Of a DNA stretch of 64,000 nt, positions 34,489-47,100 are shown in pieces. The position numbers were made by a program, and so were the translations under genes. Origin of the DNA: Tubulanus polymorphus (Eukaryota > Animalia > Nemertea); assembly GCF_964204645.1 (NCBI RefSeq), contig NC_134028.1, positions 14,825,653 to 14,889,652 of the forward strand. The letters are read 5' to 3'. The notes beneath the pieces are model-generated. The model was not told the DNA's origin. It worked only from the letters and a program-made list of their open reading frames with translations, and made no database searches. Each line of letters opens with the position of its first letter. The stretch's first letter is position 1.

Positions 34489-34911
34489 CTAATTAGTAAA
34501 CTTATAAGCAACAAATATGACAATAACTGTTCCGCCTAAAATCCAAATTATTTCATATTTCTGTTGTTCTTTACTTGGGGTATAATAATCTGATAATTTA
34601 GGTTTGTATAGATGTAATTTTTCTTTATTGCTTACCGCGTTATATAAACTCATTGCAGCATCGACTGATTGAAAATCTCTATGTGAAATCTTCTGATCAT
34701 ATAATTCCTTGTTAATATAATCCATATAGTTTTGCCTCTTTTCTCTATATTCTTCTGCAGCTTTATTATATTTTTCTAATGCTAAGTTATGTCTTCTTTG
34801 TTCTCCTAATGAACTATTTTTATCAATATGCTTGAATAAATATCAACCACCAGTAAATGCCAAAGCGTTAACAATTGCCGATCCTATAATAGTTATAATT
34901 GCAGATGCCAT
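34489..34911 (-). pseudogene. small protein MASAIITIIGSAIVNALAFTGG... with C-terminal TM (frameshift near 34845)
   Basis: N-terminus is intact in paralog 38721-39002; C-terminus is ORF 34489-34725. Confidence 0.7.
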
Positions 34912-34935
34912 TTATTTAGTGAAAAAATTATGCAT

Positions 34936-35157
34936 TTATATAATAGGAATATATTTTTGTTTTTCTAAATAATCAATAGTTAAATTAGATAAAGTAACTG
35001 CTAATGTTAATTTTAAGATATCATTGATATCAAATCTATCAACATTAACAATTCCCATTTTAAATACTTTTTTTAATACCATTGAATAACCAACAGTTCC
35101 AACTGATAGTAATGCTACATTATATAATCCAGTTATTATCCACTTATTATCACTCAT
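34936..35157 (-). CDS. 73-aa hydrophobic protein
   Basis: TAAATG start; duplicate at 42822-43043; paralog at ~38467-38697. Confidence 0.65.
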   Translation of the reverse strand: MSDNKWIITGLYNVALLSVGTVGYSMVLKKVFKMGIVNVDRFDINDILKLTLAVTLSNLTIDYLEKQKYIPII

Positions 35158-35517
35158 TTATTTACCAAAAAAATTACTATCTTCAATATATTTAGTAGTC
35201 TTATTTATAATTATTTCAACATTTATTTCATTACTAGTTTCATGATTATCATATATTTTGGTTAATATGTTTTTAATATCATCTATGATAAAATCTTCAT
35301 CTAATTCATAAAATCTTAAAGATTCTCTAATTAAATTAGTAATCTTTTCTACATTTAAAGTTTCTTTATCTATTGTTTTTTCATACTCAAATGTTGTTTC
35401 ATTAGAAAATGCAATATTTTTGATATGTATAATTACATCATTAATGTTAAATTTCATTTTTTTCTCGCGTTTAAAATCAAATCCAAAACATATACTCGGT
35501 CCAACAGTTATATTCAT
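35158..35517 (-). CDS. 119-aa hypothetical Maverick protein
   Basis: TAAATG start; duplicate at 43044-43403; Maverick A paralog split in three pieces by the inversions. Confidence 0.7.
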   Translation of the reverse strand: MNITVGPSICFGFDFKREKKMKFNINDVIIHIKNIAFSNETTFEYEKTIDKETLNVEKITNLIRESLRFYELDEDFIIDDIKNILTKIYDNHETSNEINVEIIINKTTKYIEDSNFFGK

Positions 35518-35533
35518 TTATATAATGAAAAAA

Positions 35534-36292
35534 TTACTCTTTACATCTTATAACTAATTCATAAATTACAGGAAAGTTATTCAAATCAATTAAATATCCA
35601 TTATGATTTCTTATTTCTAATTTAAAATTATTAAATTGAGGAATACAAGGTTTAAAATCACATTCGTCTAAATTATAATTTATTTGCGTTCCAAATTGTT
35701 TGACATTCTTCAATGGTAAAATATTTAATATACTAGAATTACAAATTGTATCTTTAGTTGCTTCAAATGTTTTTGTAGGATCAATTAAATTGCAATAAAT
35801 ATAAAAATGTGTAAAAGGTATTATATTTGAATTACCGTCTACGTTTCCTGTAACAGTTTGTGGTTTAATTCCTAACAGTTTAGCTAAAGGTTTCCTTACC
35901 ATAAATGCATGTTTGCTTTCATCATCTAACTTTATTTTTATTTTATCAGAACTATCACTTTTTATAAATCTAATTGAAAATTTATATTCACTTCCAAGTT
36001 TTAGTCGTGCTCTCCGATTAATTTCTTGGGCTAATGTTTCTAAATTATATAACCCTGGTTTTAAAAATAGATGAAACCATTTATTTATAATTCTAATATG
36101 AATTAAAAAGACTCTATGTTCAAGAGTTTTATCTGATATATTATAAAAAGAGTTACATAAACTTATATTAACTAATTTTAAATCTACACAATTCTTAAAT
36201 TCTCTATCTAATTGAACTAGTAAATTATGTGATTTATAATTTGTAAGTTTTCTACAATCAACAAATATTCTGTATTCTTTTAATTCACCCAT
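35534..36292 (-). CDS. minor capsid protein (penton) of Maverick B
   Basis: SFYNI, PGLYNLETL, LAKLLG, FYIYCNLI, ILNILPL, EIRNHNGYLIDLNNFPVIYEL: typical Polinton penton motifs. Confidence 0.8.
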   Translation of the reverse strand: MGELKEYRIFVDCRKLTNYKSHNLLVQLDREFKNCVDLKLVNISLCNSFYNISDKTLEHRVFLIHIRIINKWFHLFLKPGLYNLETLAQEINRRARLKLGSEYKFSIRFIKSDSSDKIKIKLDDESKHAFMVRKPLAKLLGIKPQTVTGNVDGNSNIIPFTHFYIYCNLIDPTKTFEATKDTICNSSILNILPLKNVKQFGTQINYNLDECDFKPCIPQFNNFKLEIRNHNGYLIDLNNFPVIYELVIRCKE

Positions 36293-36350
36293 TATTTATA
36301 ACACAAAAAAATTACCTCTCATTACCACTAGTAATTTTTTTCCCTAATAA

Positions 36351-37672
36351 ATGGATGAGAAGATACCATGCGAAATTTGTGGTGAACTTCTAAGAAAAAG
36401 TAATATGGCTCGACATATTAAAAAACATGATGAAAATTATAAACCCCTAAACTAAACTGCCCAAAATGTAATAAATCATTCTTAAGAAATTATGTTAAAA
36501 AACGTTCAGAGAAGTGTAAAATTAATAACGCAACGGTTAATGTTGATAGTAACGAAAGTAATAGTAATTCTGTTGAAGTTGAACCTGAAATTATTTGGAA
36601 AAGAGCTTTCTTATTCTATGACAAGGATAATATAAAAGGTTATATCTGCGAGCCTTGTCGAATGAAATTTAGTCCTGAAAATATAGAAGATTGGGAGAAT
36701 CATCAATTTCGTAAAATACATATAGATAAAATTTCTTATAAATTTGAAAATGAATTCAATGAAAGAAAAAATAATATATTAGAAAAAATGAAATATGAGA
36801 AAACGTTACCAGATAATAAAGAAACAGTTGAAAAGTTAGAAAAACAATATAATGAATTAACAAGAAAAACATATTGTAAATATTGTAAATTGATTATTAC
36901 AACAAGTAATTCAAATCTACATAATAGAACAATAAAACATAAAGAAAACGTAAGAAAATACCAAGAGCTTAATGAAGATCTATTACCAATAAATTATAAA
37001 CAAAAATGCCCACAATGTAATTATGCGACCTTAAGGCAATAAGGTACTTTGTTATTTTTTAATGAATGTGGATGGCAAAAGAATTTATGGGGTGAAGAAA
37101 AAACTAGAGATTTTCTCATAGAACCAAAATTAAATTATCTAGATGAAATTTTTAAAATATTTTCTATAGAAGATCATACACCAGAATATATGCAATGGCT
37201 TGAAAAAATGAAAATGATAGAAAATAAAAATGGTGAAATAACTAAAAAAGATATTATAAAAACAATTATTCCATCAACATTTAACACAAAACAAAAGAAA
37301 ATGTATTTATATTTATTATTAACGATTATTATGAAAAACCTAAATTAACAGAAGAAGATATGGAAAATATAAAAAAAACATTCAAACAAATATTAATGTC
37401 ATTTGGAAAATAGAATAACAGATTCAATTAATTATGAATTCTTTTTAAATAAGATTGTAAATTATTTAAACATCGATATTATAATTCCATTTGACGAATT
37501 AACAAACAAAAAGAAACAAAGTGAGCGATATGAAATGTGGTACAAGATAGAACTTTATTTAAATGAGAAAAATGAAATGGAAGAACCTAAACAAATTATA
37601 CAAGAACAATTAAATGAAAATGAAGAAGCCAATAGTGATTTCGAGTATGATGATATTGATTTTCTGTTTTAA
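36351..37672 (+). pseudogene. multi-zinc-finger protein (fragmented); duplicate at 44237-45558
   Basis: CEICG..MARHIKKH, CEPC..H...H, CKYCK..H.RTIKH, CPQC; several frameshifts. Confidence 0.65.
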
Positions 37673-38156
37673 TGGCCATAAGGTAATGTTTTTATACCAT
37701 CATCTAAAATATGCCTTTTATCATCAAATGGATTCAAACTAGTTTTTTCAACTTCATTTATGTACATCTCGTGATTTTCTGATCTTAAACAATTCATTTT
37801 ATGTTTCATAACAATTGAGTTATATAAACACTTTATATAATCTTGAAATTCTATATGTTTATCAACCACATGTTTTGTTATTCCTTTTAACTTTTTAGCT
37901 TCATGATCTTTTGTTCTGTAACTATACATTTTACTTCTTATCCCAACAAATTCAATCATTTCATCACCCCCTAATTCATCTTTAAACTTACCAGGAATCT
38001 TTTTATTATCATTGCTAAATAGTTCATGATCTTTGGGATAATTGCTAAAATCAAAATGATGTTTTAATGTTTTTAAATCTTTTGTTATGTCATTTGTCTT
38101 GATTTTTAGTATGTAACTGTCAGTATTGAAGCAAATTAATGGAAATCCACAGTTAA
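37669..38156 (-). pseudogene. polB: intein C-terminus plus C-extein of Maverick B pPolB (inverted); duplicate at 45555-46042
   Basis: NCGFPLICFN|TDSYILKIK...FDFSNYP...GKFKDE...RSKMY..KKLKG..FDDKR. Confidence 0.9.
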
Positions 38157-39741
38157 AGATTCTCTAATTAAATTAGTAATCTTTTCTACATTTAAAGTTT
38201 CTTTATCTATTGTTTTTTCATACTCAAATGTTGTTTCATTAGAAAATGCAATATTTTTAATATGCGTAATTACATCAGTGCTGTTAAATTTCATTTCTTT
38301 CTCATGTTTAAGATTTTATGAATTAGATGAAGATTTTATCATTGATGATATTAAAAGAATAATAACTGAAATATATGAAAATGAAACTAATAATACTATA
38401 AATGTTGAAATAATTATAACTAAGATAAATAAATATTTTGAAGATAGTAATTTTTTTGAAAAATATATGAGTGATAATAAGTGGATAATAACTGGATTAT
38501 ATAATGGAGCCTTACTATCAGTTGGAACTGTTGGTTTTTCAATGGTATTAAAAAAGTATTTAAAATGGGAAGTGTTAATGTTGATAGATTTGATATATGA
38601 TATATGATTATGATATTTTAAAATTAACGTTAGCAGTTACTTTATCTAATTTAACTATTGATTAATGGAAAAACAAAAATATATTCCTCCTATATAAATG
38701 CGTAATTTTTTGTTAAATAAATGGCATCTGCAATTATAACTATTATAGGTTCGGCAATTGTTAACGCTTCAGCATTTACTGGTGGTGGTTATTTATTTAA
38801 GCATATTGATAAAAATGGTTCATTATCAGAACAAAAAAGACTTAACTTAGCATTAGAAAAATATAATAAAGCTGCAGAAGAATACAGAAAAAAGAGACAA
38901 AATTACATGGATTATATTAACAAAGAATTATATGATCAGAAGATTTCACATAGAGATTTTCAATCAGTTGATGATGCAATGAGTTTATATATAATAAATT
39001 AGTAATTTCTTTTCTAAATAAATGGATTATAAAGTTGATAATATTGATATTATTCCTCATGATATAAATAAAACTAAATTAAAAACATATTTAGAAAAAC
39101 AAATATTAGAATTTGAAAGTGACTTAAAGATAAAAAAGAAAAAATATTTAAAAAGTAAAATTATCTATTATTTTATTATCAGTGGTTCAGTTAAAATTAG
39201 TTCTGTAATAACATTTCTAGCAATATTCAGTCCATTAACACCTTTAGCTATATCAATTGGTGTGTTAGGTTTAAGTTCAAGTGTTTTAACTGGTATAAGT
39301 TTAAAATTAAATATAAAAAGTAATAAAGAAAAAATTAAAACTAATATAAAAGGAATTAATAGATTAAAAAATACACTAGATTATATAATAAGTTTAAATG
39401 GTAATATAACAGTTGAAGACCAAGATAGATTATTAAAAGAATAAATAAATTATTAATTTTTTAATTATATAAATGGTAGATAGTTTTCCAAAAGCTTTTC
39501 AATATAATAAATCAATTAAATATAATATTCCTGCAATAGATTTTAATAAAGATATTTCATATAGAAATGAAGTTTAAAATTCATTAATAAATTTAGATAT
39601 TTATGTTACTGAAAGTAATAATTTTAATGTAGAGATGGAAAATATATTCAATGTTTACGTAATTACTTTTAAAGATTTAAATGAGGCAAAACAATGGTTA
39701 TTAAAATCCAATATGAAATATTGGCAGAACCAATTAAATTT
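38153..39741 (+). pseudogene. Maverick A structural-gene cluster (diverged paralogs of 33770-35470), degraded; second copy 46039-47934
   Basis: Same gene order as B in the opposite orientation (119-aa, 73-aa, MASAII.., 140-aa, MVDSFPK..) with stops. Confidence 0.8.
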
Positions 39742-40524
39742 ATACTTTTATTATGTGCAATTTTATCAGCTTCATTTCTTATACTAATAATTTCTCTAAT
39801 TGCTTTATCAGAAAATATATTTAAATCTTCTAATTGTTGATCTGTTGCATCAATTAATCCATTCGGTAAAAGTTTTTCAATTGGAACTTTATTTGATTTA
39901 AGTTTACTAGTTTTGGAAGTTATATTCTGTTCAGAAGTTGTTTCTGTTTCTGATTTCTTTTTGATTATTTCAAATAATTCATTAATTCTTTGTTTAAATA
40001 CGTCTATATCATTACCAGTTAATTCTTGTTTTATAACATCAGTTATTACATTACTATTACTAATTCTTTTAATTCTATCTGGATCTAAATCACTCAAAGT
40101 TGATTTTGTTAATATTTTATTTTTATTATTTTTATAAGTGATATCAATATAATAATCACCTTTCAAATGATAATACCATTTACCATTATCTAAAAATTTT
40201 AATTGATCTGCTAAAGGTCCAACGTCTTCATCATTTATGTTAAGTTTAGAATTTTCAATTATACGTTCTAATTTAGGTATTTTGTTTAAATTATCTAAAT
40301 CGTGTTTTACTAAATCTGGGTCTAAATTTTCATGATTTAATTGTGATTCTGCATTTTTAATATAATCAGGCATATTTAAATTATTACTATATTCTGGCTC
40401 ATTACCGTCATTAAAACTTGTTTCACTAAAATCAGGTTGTTGTTCATCAGTTATGCCAGGTTCATCAAAATTATCCATTCCAATATCTTCTCCACCTTCT
40501 ACATCCATTTATATAATAAAAAAA

Positions 40525-41913
40525 TCAAAATTTAAAATATAATATTCCTCCCATAACAATTCCTATACAAGTTAAAGCTAATTTAGTATTTTCATGGGAT
40601 TTATTATCATTATCAATTTTAATTATATCATGTTGAATATTATCAGTTTTAATATGTTCTGTAGTATTGCAATCTTTTATTTTTGAATCATAATCCAATT
40701 TAATATTTTTAGTTTTAGTTTCAGTTGATTGAATATGTTTTTTATTTTTTTCACCTTCCATTAATTTTGGAGCAGTAATAATCTTTTTATTTATATCATT
40801 TAATCCAAATGAATTATTTATTGTTGCAGTTTTAATTAGATTATTATAACCAATTATATTTCCCATCTTTAGTACTAAATCATTAGAAATAATTAATAGA
40901 TTAGGGCCTATACAATAATTTAATCTAATATGTGATTTATCTAAATAATTTTGATATCTTACAATGTTTTCTGGAATAGATCTATTTTTATCATTATGAA
41001 TTGAATCTTCAAATAATACTTTGAATTGTTTCTGTGTATCAAATGATGTATTTAAATTTCCAATTATTGGGGATCTTGTTTCAACTTGCGCACCTAAAAT
41101 ACATATCAAATAAGTTCTAATAGATTGATTTATTCTTTGTATACCTGATTTAGTAAAACCTTCACTATTTTCTAAAATAAAATAAACCCAACCATTATTG
41201 TTTTCTTGTTTTAAATGATCATAAAATTTCGGTAATTTATTGAAATATAATGTTTCTAAATCCTTTGTTTCTATTTTACCATAACCTAATTTATTATTAT
41301 AGATATTGTAAAAGCTATTAGATGGTATGGGAAGTGTACAATATGCTGCAACATTTTCAGGGCAAGGAAGTGATCTTATTGTTCCAATTTTTGTTCTAAA
41401 ATCAGAATTATTTATATCTATATTAAATTCATTGCAAATTTTATAAAACTTTGATAAATTAATATTATTATCTAATTCTTTAAAATATCTAGATCCTGGT
41501 AAAGCGCACTCTAATTCATTTAATACTATTCTGATTTGAAAGTATGTATGAAATCTAAATAAACTTTGAATTAATTTATATTTAGAATTATTCAAATGAT
41601 CATTCCAACTAATTCCATAACCTGTTGTTGCACAATAAACAGCAAAATTTAATTGGTTCTGCCAATACTTCATATTAGATTTTAATAACCATTGTTTTTC
41701 ATCTTTCAATTTTTTAAAATTAATTAAATATACATGAAATATATTTTCCATCTTTGCATTAAAATTATTAGTTTCAGTAACATAAATTTCTAAATTAGTT
41801 AATGAATCTAAAACTTCATTTCTATATGTAATATCTTTATTAAAATCTATTGCAGGAATATTATATTTAATTGATTTATTATATTGGAAAGCTTTTGGAA
41901 AACTATCTACCAT
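40525..41913 (-). CDS. conserved Polinton protein of unknown function with C-terminal TM anchor (462 aa)
   Basis: Intact ORF; WQNQLNFAVYCATTG, FRFHTYFQIR, GFTKSGIQRINQSIRTY..CILGAQ..TRS; C-terminal LALTCIGIVMGGILYF. Confidence 0.8.
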   Translation of the reverse strand: MVDSFPKAFQYNKSIKYNIPAIDFNKDITYRNEVLDSLTNLEIYVTETNNFNAKMENIFHVYLINFKKLKDEKQWLLKSNMKYWQNQLNFAVYCATTGYGISWNDHLNNSKYKLIQSLFRFHTYFQIRIVLNELECALPGSRYFKELDNNINLSKFYKICNEFNIDINNSDFRTKIGTIRSLPCPENVAAYCTLPIPSNSFYNIYNNKLGYGKIETKDLETLYFNKLPKFYDHLKQENNNGWVYFILENSEGFTKSGIQRINQSIRTYLICILGAQVETRSPIIGNLNTSFDTQKQFKVLFEDSIHNDKNRSIPENIVRYQNYLDKSHIRLNYCIGPNLLIISNDLVLKMGNIIGYNNLIKTATINNSFGLNDINKKIITAPKLMEGEKNKKHIQSTETKTKNIKLDYDSKIKDCNTTEHIKTDNIQHDIIKIDNDNKSHENTKLALTCIGIVMGGILYFKF

Positions 41914-43419
41914 TTATATAATAAAAAAATTAATAATTTATTAATTCTTTTAATAATTTATCTTGTTCTTCAACTGTTATATGACCATTTAAACTTATTA
42001 TATAATCTAGTGTATTTTTTAATTTATTAATTTCTTTTATATTCGTTTTAATTTTTTCTTTATTACTTTTTATATTCAATTTTGAACTTATACCGGTTAA
42101 AACACTTGATGATAATCCTAACACACCAATTGATATAGCTAAAGGTGTTAATGGACTGAAAATTGCTAGAAATGTTATTACAGAACTAATTGTAACCGAA
42201 CCACTTATAATCAAATAATATATAATTCTAGATTTTAAATATTTTTTCTTTTTAACATTTAAATCATTTTCAAATTCTAATATTTGTTTTTCTAAATATG
42301 TTTTTAATTTAGTTCTATTTATATCATGAGGAATAATATCAATATTATCATCCATTTATTTAGCAAAAAAATTACTAATTAGTAAACTTATAAGCAACAA
42401 ATATGACAATAACTGTTCCGCCTAAAATCCAAATTATTTCATATTTCTGTTGTTCTTTACTTGGGGTATAATAATCTGATAATTTAGGTTTGTATAGATG
42501 TAATTTTTCTTTATTGCTTACCGCGTTATATAAACTCATTGCAGCATCGACTGATTGAAAATCTCTATGTGAAATCTTCTGATCATATAATTCCTTGTTA
42601 ATATAATCCATATAGTTTTGCCTCTTTTCTCTATATTCTTCTGCAGCTTTATTATATTTTTCTAATGCTAAGTTATGTCTTCTTTGTTCTCCTAATGAAC
42701 TATTTTTATCAATATGCTTGAATAAATATCAACCACCAGTAAATGCCAAAGCGTTAACAATTGCCGATCCTATAATAGTTATAATTGCAGATGCCATTTA
42801 TTTAGTGAAAAAATTATGCATTTATATAATAGGAATATATTTTTGTTTTTCTAAATAATCAATAGTTAAATTAGATAAAGTAACTGCTAATGTTAATTTT
42901 AAGATATCATTGATATCAAATCTATCAACATTAACAATTCCCATTTTAAATACTTTTTTTAATACCATTGAATAACCAACAGTTCCAACTGATAGTAATG
43001 CTACATTATATAATCCAGTTATTATCCACTTATTATCACTCATTTATTTACCAAAAAAATTACTATCTTCAATATATTTAGTAGTCTTATTTATAATTAT
43101 TTCAACATTTATTTCATTACTAGTTTCATGATTATCATATATTTTGGTTAATATGTTTTTAATATCATCTATGATAAAATCTTCATCTAATTCATAAAAT
43201 CTTAAAGATTCTCTAATTAAATTAGTAATCTTTTCTACATTTAAAGTTTCTTTATCTATTGTTTTTTCATACTCAAATGTTGTTTCATTAGAAAATGCAA
43301 TATTTTTGATATGTATAATTACATCATTAATGTTAAATTTCATTTCTTTCTCGCGTTTAAAATCAAATCCAAAACATATACTCGGTCCAACAGTTATATT
43401 CATTTATATAATGAAAAAA

Positions 43420-44178
43420 TTACTCTTTACATCTTATAACTAATTCATAAATTACAGGAAAGTTATTCAAATCAATTAAATATCCATTATGATTTCTTAT
43501 TTCTAATTTAAAATTATTAAATTGAGGAATACAAGGTTTAAAATCACATTCGTCTAAATTATAATTTATTTGCGTTCCAAATTGTTTGACATTCTTCAAT
43601 GGTAAAATATTTAATATACTAGAATTACAAATTGTATCTTTAGTTGCTTCAAATGTTTTTGTAGGATCAATTAAATTGCAATAAATATAAAAATGTGTAA
43701 AAGGTATTATATTTGAATTACCGTCTACGTTTCCTGTAACAGTTTGTGGTTTAATTCCTAACAGTTTAGCTAAAGGTTTCCTTACCATAAATGCATGTTT
43801 GCTTTCATCATCTAACTTTATTTTTATTTTATCAGAACTATCACTTTTTATAAATCTAATTGAAAATTTATATTCACTTCCAAGTTTTAGTCGTGCTCTC
43901 CGATTAATTTCTTGGGCTAATGTTTCTAAATTATATAACCCTGGTTTTAAAAATAGATGAAACCATTTATTTATAATTCTAATATGAATTAAAAAGACTC
44001 TATGTTCAAGAGTTTTATCTGATATATTATAAAAAGAGTTACATAAACTTATATTAACTAATTTTAAATCTACACAATTCTTAAATTCTCTATCTGATTG
44101 AACTAGTAAATTATGTGATTTATAATTTGTAAGTTTTCTACAATCAACAAATATTCTGTATTCTTTTAATTCACCCAT
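43420..44178 (-). CDS. minor capsid protein (penton), duplicate copy
   Basis: Same as 35534-36292 except L>S at residue 28. Confidence 0.8.
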   Translation of the reverse strand: MGELKEYRIFVDCRKLTNYKSHNLLVQSDREFKNCVDLKLVNISLCNSFYNISDKTLEHRVFLIHIRIINKWFHLFLKPGLYNLETLAQEINRRARLKLGSEYKFSIRFIKSDSSDKIKIKLDDESKHAFMVRKPLAKLLGIKPQTVTGNVDGNSNIIPFTHFYIYCNLIDPTKTFEATKDTICNSSILNILPLKNVKQFGTQINYNLDECDFKPCIPQFNNFKLEIRNHNGYLIDLNNFPVIYELVIRCKE

Positions 44179-47100
44179 TATTTATAACACAAAAAAATTA
44201 CCTCTCATCACCACTAGTAATTTTTTTCCCTAATAAATGGATGAGAAGATACCATGCGAAATTTGTGGTGAACTTCTAAGAAAAAGTAATATGGCTCGAC
44301 ATATTAAAAAACATGATGAAAATTATAAACCCCTAAACTAAACTGCCCAAAATGTAATAAATCATTCTTAAGAAATTATGTTAAAAAACGTTCAGAGAAG
44401 TGTAAAATTAATAACGCAACGGTTAATGTTGATAGTAACGAAAGTAATAGTAATTCTGTTGAAGTTGAACCTGAAATTATTTGGAAAAGAGCTTTCTTAT
44501 TCTATGACAAGGATAATATAAAAGGTTATATCTGCGAGCCTTGTCGAATGAAATTTAGTCCTGAAAATATAGAAGATTGGGAGAATCATCAATTTCGTAA
44601 AATACATATAGATAAAATTTCTTATAAATTTGAAAATGAATTCAATGAAAGAAAAAATAATATATTAGAAAAAATGAAATATGAGAAAACATTACCAGAT
44701 AATAAAGAAACAGTTGAAAAGTTAGAAAAACAACATAATGAATTAACAAGAAAAACATATTGTAAATGTTGTAAATTGATTATTACAACAAGTAATTCAA
44801 ATCTACATAATAGAACAATAAAACATAAAGAAAACGTAAGAAAATACCAAGAGCTTAATGAAGATCTATTACCAATAAATTATAAACAAAAATGCCCACA
44901 ATGTAATTATGCGACCTTAAGGCAATAAGGTACTTTGTTATTTTTTAATGAATGTGGATGGCAAAAGAATTTATGGGGTGAAGAAAAAACTAGAGATTTT
45001 CTCATAGAACCAAAATTAAATTATCTAGATGAAATTTTTAAAATATTTTCTATAGAAGATCATACACCAGAATATATGCAATGGCTTGAAAAAATGAAAA
45101 TGATAGAAAATAAAAATGGTGAAATAACTAAAAAAGATATTATAAAAACAATTATTCCATCAACATTTAACACAAAACAAAAGAAAATGTATTTATATTT
45201 ATTATTAACGATTATTATGAAAAACCTAAATTAACAGAAGAAGATATGGAAAATATAAAAAAAACATTCAAACAAATATTAATGTCATTTGGAAAATAGA
45301 ATAACAGATTCAATTAATTATGAATTCTTTTTAAATAAGATTGTAAATTATTTAAACATCGATATTATAATTCCATTTGACGAATTAACAAACAAAAAGA
45401 AACAAAGTGAGCGATATGAAATGTGGTACAAGATAGAACTTTATTTAAATGAGAAAAATGAAATGGAAGAACCTAAACAAATTATACAAGAACAATTAAA
45501 TGAAAATGAAGAAGCCAATAGTGATTTCGAGTATGATGATATTGATTTTCTGTTTTAATGGCCATAAGGTAATGTTTTTATACCATCATCTAAAATATGC
45601 CTTTTATCATCAAATGGATTCAAACTAGTTTTTTCAACTTCATTTATGTACATCTCGTGATTTTCTGATCTTAAACAATTCATTTTATGTTTCATAACAA
45701 TTGAGTTATATAAACACTTTATATAATCTTGAAATTCTATATGTTTATCAACCACATGTTTTGTTATTCCTTTTAACTTTTTAGCTTCATGATCTTTTGT
45801 TCTGTAACTATACATTTTACTTCTTATCCCAACAAATTCAATCATTTCATCACCCCCTAATTCATCTTTAAACTTACCAGGAATCTTTTTATTATCATTG
45901 CTAAATAGTTCATGATCTTTGGGATAATTGCTAAAATCAAAATGATGTTTTAATGTTTTTAAATCTTTTGTTATGTCATTTGTCTTGATTTTTAGTATGT
46001 AACTGTCAGTATTGAAGCAAATTAATGGAAATCCACAGTTAAAGATTCTCTAATTAAATTAGTAATCTTTTCTACATTTAAAGTTTCTTTATCTATTGTT
46101 TTTTCATACTCAAATGTTGTTTCATTAGAAAATGCAATATTTTTAATATGCGTAATTACATCAGTGCTGTTAAATTTCATTTCTTTCTCATGTTTAAGAT
46201 TTTATGAATTAGATGAAGATTTTATCATTGATGATATTAAAAGAATAATAACTGAAATATATGAAAATGAAACTAATAATACTATAAATGTTGAAATAAT
46301 TATAACTAAGATAAATAAATATTTTGAAGATAGTAATTTTTTTGAAAAATATATGAGTGATAATAAGTGGATAATAACTGGATTATATAATGGAGCCTTA
46401 CTATCAGTTGGAACTGTTGGTTTTTCAATGGTATTAAAAAAGTATTTAAAATGGGAAGTGTTAATGTTGATAGATTTGATATATGATATATGATTATGAT
46501 ATTTTAAAATTAACGTTAGCAGTTACTTTATCTAATTTAACTATTGATTAATGGAAAAACAAAAATATATTCCTCCTATATAAATGCGTAATTTTTTGTT
46601 AAATAAATGGCATCTGCAATTATAACTATTATAGGTTCGGCAATTGTTAACGCTTCAGCATTTACTGGTGGTGGTTATTTATTTAAGCATATTGATAAAA
46701 ATGATTCATTATCAGAACAAAAAAGACTTAACTTAGCATTAGAAAAATATAATAAAGCTGCAGAAGAATACAGAAAAAAGAGACAAAATTACATGGATTA
46801 TATTAACAAAGAATTATATGATCAGAAGATTTCACATAGAGATTTTCAATCAGTTGATGATGCAATGAGTTTATATATAATAAATTAGTAATTTCTTTTC
46901 TAAATAAATGGATTATAAAGTTGATAATATTGATATTATTCCTCATGATATAAATAAAACTAAATTAAAAACATATTTAGAAAAACAAATATTAGAATTT
47001 GAAAGTGACTTAAAGATAAAAAAGAAAAAATATTTAAAAAGTAAAATTATCTATTATTTTATTATCAGTGGTTCAGTTAAAATTAGTTCTGTAATAACAT

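Larger units (their letters stand above)
21734..38156. mobile_element. Polinton/Maverick B (reconstructed as 21734-26658 plus reverse complement of 27291-38156)
   Basis: Two ~340-bp TIR copies, TSD TATGAT, pPolB, penton, MCP, ATPase tail and accessory genes. Confidence 0.88.
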
